Below, in pieces: positions 21,878-30,440 of a stretch of DNA of 64,000 nt. This DNA comes from Sedimentisphaerales bacterium (lineage in GTDB: Bacteria; Planctomycetota; Phycisphaerae; Sedimentisphaerales; Anaerobacaceae), in assembly GCA_963708075.1 (NCBI GenBank), contig OY970194.1, positions 3,648,001-3,712,000 of the forward strand, in the 5' to 3' direction. Within the stretch, counting starts at the first letter, position 1, and each line of letters opens with the position of its first letter. The notes under the pieces were generated by a model. It was not told the DNA's origin. It searched no databases and worked only from the letters and a program-made list of their open reading frames with translations. Made by a program: the position numbers and the translations under genes.

Positions 21878-23929
21878 ATGAAACGGGCAAATGCGAGGAC
21901 AAGACAGATCGCCGGCCGAAGGGTTGCGTTTCACCGCTATAACACGGTGATCGTCGGCGCGGGCGCCGCGGGCATGAACTGCGCCGTCCATCTTTATGAG
22001 TTCATGAAGGCCAAGGGGGTCGAGGACGCCGCGGACCGAATCGCCGTGATTGCGAGGGGCATCGGCCTCGGGGCGTCGCGGATGAGCGGCTCGGACAAGC
22101 AGACGTACTACAAGCTCGGCACCAGTCCGGAAGTACCCGACTGCGCCGAGGCGTTTGCCAGAACCCTGACGGCGGCCGGCTGCTGTCACAGCGATCTGGC
22201 GATGGCCGAGGGCATCGGCTCCCTTCGCGAGTTCTACCATCTCGTGGAGGCGGGCGTCGCTTTTCCCACCGACTCGATGGGCTCCTTCATCGGCTACAAG
22301 ACCGACCACGACCCGGCCGAACGAGCCACCAGCGCCGGGCCGAAGACCAGCAGGTTCATGAGCGAATGTCTCCAAAGGCAGGCCGAACAGGCCGGCATCC
22401 GGATATTCGACAACCAGGAGGCGGCGCATCTGCTCACCATCGGCGAGGGCAGATCGAAGCGAATCGCCGGCATTGTGACTATCGAGAATCTGAAATCTGA
22501 AATTCCACATTCGACCTTGCACGTCTTTCTCGCAGTCAACGTGGTGCTCGCTGCCGGCGGGCCGGGCGAGCTGTACAAGACCAGCGTCTATCCGAAGGGC
22601 CAGTTCGGCATTCATGGACTGGCCTTCAAAGCCGGCCTCGCGGCGGAGAACCTCACGGAGTCGCAATTCGGCCTGGCCAGCATCAAATTCCGCTGGAACG
22701 TCTCAGGCACGTACATGCAGGCCATCCCGCGAATCGTCAGCACGGATGCGGACGGCGGGCACGAGCATGAATTTCTCGCTGACTTCTTCCCCTCCATGAA
22801 GTCTATGGCGACGGACATCTTTCTCAAGGGATACCAGTGGCCGTTCGATCCACAGCGGATCGAGAACCTGCAATCGTCGCTGATCGATGTCCTCGTATTC
22901 AACGAGAACCGGAAGGGCCGGCGGGTCTTCCTCGATTTCCGGCAAAATCCCGTCGGCGCCCACGGCATGGGCTCATTCAATATCGACGATCTCGAGCCGG
23001 AAGCCTTCGAGTATCTCCGCGACGCCGGCGCGCTGCAGAAGACCCCGATCGAACGCCTGGCGCACATGAATCCCCTCGCCGTCGAGATTTACCGGGAGAA
23101 CGGCATCGACCTGGCCGGCGAGCCGCTGGAGATCGCCGTCTGCGCCCAGCACAACAACGGGGGCTTCGCTGTGAATAAATGGTGGGAGTCCAGCATCCGC
23201 CACACGTTCGTGATCGGCGAGATGGCGGGCACGCACGGCGTGAAGCGACCGGGCGGCTCGGCCCTCAATGCCGGCCAGGTCGGCGGCCTGCGGGCGGCCG
23301 AGTATATCGTCAACGCCTACGGCAGTGACGCGGCCGACCACCCGGACAACGCCGGGCAGATCGACGAGCAGGTCCGGAGTCTTATCGAGAAGCTCGGCCG
23401 CTGGAGTGAGTCCTCGGGGCCGGCCCCGCACGAGGCAATCGAACAAATCCAGAACCGAATGACCGCTTCGGCCGCTCACATCAGGCAAGAGGAGGACGCC
23501 AACGAGAGCCTCAAGCAGGCCATTCAGCTCTTCAAGGAGATCCAGGACAAGGGTCTGGCAGCCCCGGATGCACGGTCGCTCGTCGCAGCGATCCAGGCCG
23601 AGCACCTGGCCCTCGCGAGCATCGCGTATCTCAAGGCCATCGTCGATCTGCTCACGCAGGACGGCGGCTCGCGGGGCTCGTACCTCGTACTCAGTCCGCA
23701 CGGCAGCCCGATCCACCCGGACATCAAGCATAAGGCCACAGGCGAGCCCCTGGCCTTCCGGCCGGAGAATCAGGCCCTGCGAGATCGGATTCTGCGAACC
23801 GAGTATGACGAGACTTCGGCAGACTTGTTCAAATGCAGTGTGATCACCCTAAGGATGGCGCCGACGGAGAACAAAGCCTTTGAGCCGGCGTGGCAGGAGT
23901 ATCGAAAGGGCAGAATCTATGGGATCTGA
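21878..23929 (+). CDS. FAD-binding protein of the succinate dehydrogenase/fumarate reductase flavoprotein superfamily
   Basis: IVGAGAAG, LAAGG, AQHNNGG, GEMAGTHGVKRPGGSALNAGQVGG. Confidence 0.85.
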   Translation: MKRANARTRQIAGRRVAFHRYNTVIVGAGAAGMNCAVHLYEFMKAKGVEDAADRIAVIARGIGLGASRMSGSDKQTYYKLGTSPEVPDCAEAFARTLTAAGCCHSDLAMAEGIGSLREFYHLVEAGVAFPTDSMGSFIGYKTDHDPAERATSAGPKTSRFMSECLQRQAEQAGIRIFDNQEAAHLLTIGEGRSKRIAGIVTIENLKSEIPHSTLHVFLAVNVVLAAGGPGELYKTSVYPKGQFGIHGLAFKAGLAAENLTESQFGLASIKFRWNVSGTYMQAIPRIVSTDADGGHEHEFLADFFPSMKSMATDIFLKGYQWPFDPQRIENLQSSLIDVLVFNENRKGRRVFLDFRQNPVGAHGMGSFNIDDLEPEAFEYLRDAGALQKTPIERLAHMNPLAVEIYRENGIDLAGEPLEIAVCAQHNNGGFAVNKWWESSIRHTFVIGEMAGTHGVKRPGGSALNAGQVGGLRAAEYIVNAYGSDAADHPDNAGQIDEQVRSLIEKLGRWSESSGPAPHEAIEQIQNRMTASAAHIRQEEDANESLKQAIQLFKEIQDKGLAAPDARSLVAAIQAEHLALASIAYLKAIVDLLTQDGGSRGSYLVLSPHGSPIHPDIKHKATGEPLAFRPENQALRDRILRTEYDETSADLFKCSVITLRMAPTENKAFEPAWQEYRKGRIYGI

Positions 23930-23938
23930 AATGGAGGC

Positions 23939-25042
23939 ATGATGGCGATCCTCAACCTGAAACCGGAATCACAATGCAAGTACGACATTCTATCGCTGGG
24001 CGAGATTATGATCCGGCTCGATCCCGGCGATGAACGCATCCACACGACGCGGTGCTTTCACGTCTGGGAGGGCGGCGGCGAGTACAACGTCGCCCGCGGC
24101 CTGAGACGGACGTTCCGCAAGCGGGCCGCCGTGGTCACGGCCATCGTCGATAATCCCGTGGGCAGGCTGCTCGAAGACCTCCTGCTGCAGGGCGGTGTCA
24201 GTCTGGAATACGTCAAGTGGGTGCCTTTCGACGGCATCGGCAGGAAGGTGCGCGTCGGCCTGAATTTCACCGAGCGGGGCTTCGGCGTGCGCGGCGCCGT
24301 CGGCTGTTCCGACCGCGCCAATAGCGCCGCCTCGCAACTGAAAAAGGGCGACATCGACTGGGAACGGATTTTCGGGCGGGACGGCGTTCGCTGGTTCCAC
24401 ACCGGCGGCATCTTCGCCGGCCTGTCCCCCACCACGCCCGACGTCATCCTGGAGGCTGTGGCGGCGGCAAAGAAGCACGGCACCGTCGTCTCCTATGACC
24501 TGAATTATCGCGATTCGCTCTGGCGTGACATCGGCGGCCAGAAGAAGGCCCGAGAGGTGAATCGCGCCATCGCATCATACGTCGATGTGATGCTCGGCAA
24601 CGAGGAGGATTTTACGGCGGCGCTGGGCTTTGAGGTCACGGGCCTGGACAAGAGCTACTCCACGCTCGATCCGACGAACTTCAAGCGGATGATCGAGACC
24701 GCCGTCAAGGAATTCCCGAACTTCAAAGTCGTGGCGACGACGTTGCGAAACGCCCGGACCGCCACGATCAATGATTGGGGCGCGGTGATGCACGCCGCGG
24801 GGCAGTTCTATGATGCCGTGCCGCGGCCCGGCCTGGAAATCTACGACCGCGTCGGCGGCGGCGACAGTTTCGCCTCCGGCCTGATCTACGCTCTCATGGA
24901 GGGCAAGGACCCCGACCAGGCAGTCAACTACGGGGCCGCACACGGCGCACTGGCCATGACCACGCCGGGCGATACGACCACGGCGACCCTGAAGGAAGTA
25001 GAAAAAGTAATGAAAGGCGGCGGCGCCCGCGTGGAACGATAG
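23939..25042 (+). CDS. kdgK: 2-keto-3-deoxygluconate kinase (PfkB family)
   Basis: GEIMIRL, GGGEYNVA, SYDLNYR, NEED, DRVGGGDSF. Confidence 0.88.
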   Translation: MMAILNLKPESQCKYDILSLGEIMIRLDPGDERIHTTRCFHVWEGGGEYNVARGLRRTFRKRAAVVTAIVDNPVGRLLEDLLLQGGVSLEYVKWVPFDGIGRKVRVGLNFTERGFGVRGAVGCSDRANSAASQLKKGDIDWERIFGRDGVRWFHTGGIFAGLSPTTPDVILEAVAAAKKHGTVVSYDLNYRDSLWRDIGGQKKAREVNRAIASYVDVMLGNEEDFTAALGFEVTGLDKSYSTLDPTNFKRMIETAVKEFPNFKVVATTLRNARTATINDWGAVMHAAGQFYDAVPRPGLEIYDRVGGGDSFASGLIYALMEGKDPDQAVNYGAAHGALAMTTPGDTTTATLKEVEKVMKGGGARVER

Positions 25043-25067
25043 TCTCTCGCGGATGCACCTATCGAGG

Positions 25068-26170
<1,103 letters not shown>

Positions 26171-26174
<4 letters not shown>

Positions 26175-26208
26175 GTCCTATCGGTCCTATTCGTCCAATT
26201 CCGTCCTA
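26171..26208 (+). repeat. Short tandem 9-mer repeat between convergent mtnA and nifU
   Basis: ataggtcctatcggtcctattcgtccaattccgtccta; contains both stop codons. Confidence 0.7.
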
Positions 26209-26493
26209 AGCGACGGCGACGACCTGCTTCACGTCAGGGATGCGCTCCTTCAGGATTCGCTCGATGCCCATTCGCATGGTCATGGTCGCGCCGGGGCAAC
26301 CCCGGCAGGCCCCTTGCAGGCGAACCCGGACGGTCTTATCCTCATCCACACTGATGAACTCTACATCGCCACCGTGGCCCTGCAGCGCCGGCCGGACCAT
26401 CTCGATGACGTCTTTGACCTGATCTTCGAAGCTCTTTTCTGCACCGGCTTCTTTGCCCGTGCTGGTCTCTTTACGACCTTGTGTATCAGACAT
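26206..26493 (-). CDS. NifU/NfuA C-terminal domain protein
   Basis: VRPALQGHGGDVEF, LQGACRGCP, GIERIL. Confidence 0.92.
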   Translation of the reverse strand: MSDTQGRKETSTGKEAGAEKSFEDQVKDVIEMVRPALQGHGGDVEFISVDEDKTVRVRLQGACRGCPGATMTMRMGIERILKERIPDVKQVVAVA

Positions 26494-26573
26494 AGAAATC
26501 TCCAGAAAATGACCGCATACCATTATACGGTCATTGCGGCGATTAGCCAACTACCATTCATACCGTTTTCAGG

Positions 26574-28715
26574 TCAGCGAGTTCGCTCCTTTTTCGACTT
26601 GCCCGGCTGACGGCCGGCTGCCGTTTGTCCGCTCAATTCATCGACGAGGCGGTCGGCTCGATAGACCTTTCGCAGGGCTTCGAGGATCGACGCCGAATGG
26701 ACCGACACGGCCCGGGCCTCCTTCTCCGTATAGGTGAAATCGAGGACCAGCGACTGGATGTTGCCGTCGAAGATGATCCCGACGAACTCTCCCTTGCGAT
26801 TGACGACGGGGCTGCCGGAGTTGCCGCCGATGATGTCCGCCGTCGAGACGAAGTTGAAAGGCGTCTTGAGGTTGAGCTTGCTCTTCTGCTTGAGCCAGAG
26901 CTCGGGCAGCTCGAATGGCGGCTGGTTACCCTGCTCCTGGGCACGCTCGTAAAGGCCGGCAAAAGTCGTCCACGGCGGAATCTGCTTACCCTGCTCCGTG
27001 TAGCCCTTGACCTCCCCGAAGGCCAGCCGCAGCGTGAACGTGGCATCGGGATAGATGTCCGTTCCATAAATGGCGAATCTCGCGTTCGCCAGCTTCGCGT
27101 AAGCCTGGCGCATCGGCTCTTCAACCTGCTCCTCATACGTCTTTCGCAAGTCCCTTGCCGGCTCATTCACGAGCAGGGCCAGTTGGATCATGGGGTCTTT
27201 CGACTGGCGAATCCCTTCCGGTTTCTGCGCCGCCAGCTCCTTGCGGAATGCGACATCCTTGAGCTTCGTGCCATTGATGAGCTCTGCCGCCCGATCCCGC
27301 GGCGACTTGCCTCCGAGCACGTCCTTGACCAGCGGATCGCCCGGCCCTTTCATCTCCACGAATCTCATCAACGAATCGGCCAACAGGATCGTTTCCAAGT
27401 CCTCGTAGATCGGGGCCTCCGAGAACAGCTCGAACTTGAGCGACTCAAGATTCGATTCGCGGTACTCACGCAGCCGCTCGGGATTCGGCTTGGCCGACTC
27501 GTCGGCCAATCGCACCAACGTCCGGGCAATGCCAAAAAGACGGGTGCTGAAGGCGGACCCCTGTTCCAGCAGGTCCCAGTCATAGTAGATCCCGTCCCAG
27601 GTTTTCAGAGCGGCGGCCACATCGGCCCACGGATCGCCGACGGGCTCCTTAAGCTGCGAGCCCTTCTCCTGGATGGCCCCGCGGAGTTTCTCCTCTTCCG
27701 CGCGTTTGCGATCCATGATGGCAGGGTCCTGGAGTCCGGCGAGCATGCCGAGCCGGGCCTTGCGGCTGTTCTGGACGCCGAACAGGTCGTCCTGTGCGCG
27801 GCGGGCGTTCTCCCGGCTCTCGGCACTGTAGGCGGACAACATGACCTCCGCGCGGAACAGCCTTTGCAGCCGGTATGGGAAAACCTTGTCGCGGAGGAAC
27901 TCGATGTGCGCCATGGTGTCGAGCCGGTCGGTCCGACCGGGATGGCCCGAGACGAATACCAGCTCGCCATCGCCCGCGCCCTTCGGGCTCCACTTCAGGT
28001 AGTGCTCGATCCTGGCGGGCTTGCCATCCTCGTACACGCGGAACAGGCAGATATCAAGGTCGTAGCGGGGATACTCGAAGTTGTCCGGATCGCCGCCGAA
28101 GAAAGCGATGTCCTTTTCGGGCGCGAAGACCAGTCGAACGTCGGTGTACTTCTTGAACCGGTAAAGGTGGTACATGCCGCCGTGATAAAGCGTCACGACA
28201 TCGCTCCGCAGCCCTGTCTTATCGAGCGATTCCTTCTCGACGGTGTTCATCGCCGCCCGGCGGGCCTGGTTGGCCTCGGCCGGGGTCATCTCCGGCTTGA
28301 CCGCTGCGTTGATCCGCTCGGTCACGTCCTCGATGTTCTGCAGCACGTTCAGCTCCAGGTCCACGCACCGGACCTCCTCCTGCAAGGTCTTGGCGTAGAA
28401 GCCCAGGGCGATCAAGTCTTTTTCTTTGGTGCTCAGCTTCTGCAGACAGTCGGCGCCGACGTGGTGATTCGTCAGCACCAGCCCATCGGCGGAGACGAAC
28501 GAACCCGACCCGCCGCTATTGAAGCGAACGCTGGACCGCTGCAAGTGGGTATACCACTCCTGCCCCGGGGCGAAATTGTACTTCTCCTTGAGCAGCTTTT
28601 CCGGCGGATTGTTGAACAGCCACATCCCTTCATCCGCCGGCGCCTCGGTCGGGATCAGGCAGATCATCACAGTCATCGGGAGAATCGGACACATCCATCT
28701 GGTCAGGTGATTCAT
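26574..28715 (-). CDS. S46 family dipeptidyl peptidase (DPP7-like)
   Basis: DEGMW, TNHH, FGGDPDNF, YPDATFTLR, GGNSGSP, FDGN; strong AGGAGG RBS. Confidence 0.93.
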   Translation of the reverse strand: MNHLTRWMCPILPMTVMICLIPTEAPADEGMWLFNNPPEKLLKEKYNFAPGQEWYTHLQRSSVRFNSGGSGSFVSADGLVLTNHHVGADCLQKLSTKEKDLIALGFYAKTLQEEVRCVDLELNVLQNIEDVTERINAAVKPEMTPAEANQARRAAMNTVEKESLDKTGLRSDVVTLYHGGMYHLYRFKKYTDVRLVFAPEKDIAFFGGDPDNFEYPRYDLDICLFRVYEDGKPARIEHYLKWSPKGAGDGELVFVSGHPGRTDRLDTMAHIEFLRDKVFPYRLQRLFRAEVMLSAYSAESRENARRAQDDLFGVQNSRKARLGMLAGLQDPAIMDRKRAEEEKLRGAIQEKGSQLKEPVGDPWADVAAALKTWDGIYYDWDLLEQGSAFSTRLFGIARTLVRLADESAKPNPERLREYRESNLESLKFELFSEAPIYEDLETILLADSLMRFVEMKGPGDPLVKDVLGGKSPRDRAAELINGTKLKDVAFRKELAAQKPEGIRQSKDPMIQLALLVNEPARDLRKTYEEQVEEPMRQAYAKLANARFAIYGTDIYPDATFTLRLAFGEVKGYTEQGKQIPPWTTFAGLYERAQEQGNQPPFELPELWLKQKSKLNLKTPFNFVSTADIIGGNSGSPVVNRKGEFVGIIFDGNIQSLVLDFTYTEKEARAVSVHSASILEALRKVYRADRLVDELSGQTAAGRQPGKSKKERTR

Positions 28716-28843
28716 GGTGATTCCTCCTTAACTCACTCAATTGTCAAAGGGGCCTGCGTACCCCCCTATTCCACCCACATTATCATAATCAGCCACCCCA
28801 GTCCACTTTCTCCACGGAAACTCGCCTTCATCCAGCCCCCTGA

Positions 28844-29490
28844 AATTGGCTTTGTTTCGCACGACAGGTTCTTGGCCGTCTTGCAGGGCGGGCCATACCT
28901 ACCATCTGTCCGGCAGAGCAAATTGGCTTTGTTTCGCACAGTCGCGTCCCCACTCACCCGAGGTCGCCTGTCCCGTCCTCGGAATTGGCTTTGTTTCGCA
29001 GACCAGTCCAGCATGTGGAATTGGCTTTGTTTTGCGCGCCCGCCCATGTCCGCCACTGCCGGCATTCGCCCCTATTCCGCATTCCGCACTCCGCATTCTC
29101 AGGTTCCTGGCCCCGAATTGGCTTTGTTTCACAAGATCACCCATGCGGTTCACTCCTACCCGCTGCCCGCTGCCTGTCCCCGCCTTAGCAATTGGCTTTG
29201 TTTGGCGCGACCGGGCCACCCAGGAATTGGGTTTGTTTTGAATACTGCGCGTCGGCTTCCTGCAACCCAGCATTTCCCACTCCCGAACCAGGGTTTCCAT
29301 AAATTGGCTTTGTTTCGCAAGGTAGGGCGAGCGTCCCCGCTCGCCCCCGATTGCCGTCCAGGCCCGACCCCGAAATTGGCTTTGTTTCGCACGCCTGCCC
29401 ATGTTGGTGTTGCCGATATCCGCCTTTCATTCCGCACTCCGCATTCCGCATTCCCACGGCCCCCCGGCCCGTAATTGGCTTTGTTTCGCC
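28844..29490. repeat. Array of ten short direct repeats AATTGGCTTTGTTT(CGCA) with variable spacers; CRISPR-like layout, no cas genes
   Basis: Copies start at 28844, 28921, 28983, 29019, 29116, 29190, 29225, 29302, 29374 and 29473; periods 77, 62, 36, 97, 74, 35, 77, 72, 99 bp. Confidence 0.92.
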
Positions 29491-29769
29491 TAACTTGGCG
29501 CCCACCGGCGGCGGCTTGTGCTCCAGTGGTCACGGAAAGCCCTCCGGGGATTCATGGCTTGTTGATGTTTGATTTTTGATTTGAGCAGGGCCTGGCGGGG
29601 CGCACCGACACCCGATGAAATTTGGTCATCAGACCATATACTAGAGACGCTCCGAGAAGCAAATTGTTGCAGGAATTTATGTTAGATAGTAAAATACCCC
29701 TAAGTCCTCATGGCCCGGAGACTTAAATCGCAATATTCTTGCGCATAAGTGGAAGGCAGGCGTAAGTTC

Positions 29770-29792
29770 GTAGGATGGGCTTTAGCCCATGC
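29770..29792 (+). repeat. REP-like palindrome GTAGGATGGGCTTTAGCCCATGC
   Basis: GTAG tetranucleotide followed by an ATGGGCT/AGCCCAT hairpin. Confidence 0.65.
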
Positions 29793-29934
29793 GGACGGGT
29801 CTGGAATTGCCAAGCCAGGAACTGCATGCGCCCTTCTTCTTCCTGTGACCGCTTCCTTTGCATTCCTGTCGGCCCGCCTATAGAATACGGGCAACGCCGC
29901 GGCCTGTGGTGCTCTTGAGGACAGAGTACGACCT

Positions 29935-30372
29935 ATGGATATGATTGAGCAGATCAATTCGTGTGACTGGTTCTACTTGGCCCAGATTGGTGAACCGAAG
30001 GATAACATGCTGCGTCTTGTCATTGAAGAGGCAGTGCTCGGTACGCCAGAGGATATCAACCTGGGCGGCCTTCCCCTTCCGCAGGCGCAGCGTATCATCT
30101 CAACCGACCAGTGCCTTGCCTATGAAATCATCTTCCGCACGTATATAGCTTATGTAGTCTGCAATGAGTCGTTCGCGAAGTCAGACCCTGGGGATGTCTT
30201 CACGGGGCGACATTTTCGCATGTACAGGAAATCCCAATTTCTCAGCTACGTTCGGGAGACGACTCTTGCCTGCGATCTGCATCCTGGACCCTATAAGCAC
30301 TTTGAAATCATCTGCCTGAATCACGTCGTGGACGTGGCGTCCGTTGATGAGCCCTCCATCAGAATCCTGTAG
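29935..30372 (+). CDS. Hypothetical protein (lower GC)
   Basis: 145-aa ATG ORF with globular composition; no recognisable family. Confidence 0.65.
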   Translation: MDMIEQINSCDWFYLAQIGEPKDNMLRLVIEEAVLGTPEDINLGGLPLPQAQRIISTDQCLAYEIIFRTYIAYVVCNESFAKSDPGDVFTGRHFRMYRKSQFLSYVRETTLACDLHPGPYKHFEIICLNHVVDVASVDEPSIRIL

Positions 30373-30379
30373 GCAGGAC

Positions 30380-30401
30380 GGTGGGGCAAGCCCCACCCTA
30401 C
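30380..30401 (-). repeat. REP-like palindrome GTAGGGTGGGGCTTGCCCCACC
   Basis: Same core as 9525-9546. Confidence 0.75.
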
Positions 30402-30440
30402 GGACATGCTGTCGCAATGAGATCAGACCTCGCAGGCGTG

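Noticed and set aside
26625..29474. 949-aa plus-strand ORF running into the array
   Set aside because: Antisense shadow of the S46 peptidase in high-GC DNA, with no recognisable domain.
28844..29490. Calling the array a canonical CRISPR
   Set aside because: The repeat is only 14-18 bp, spacer lengths vary more than four-fold, and no cas genes are in the window.
28766..29572. Short overlapping ORFs across the array (KQSQ/NKAN/TKPI peptides)
   Set aside because: The repeat falls in different frames and no ORF spans it coherently. ORF 29156..29533 has a GGAGG-GTG start but no other support.
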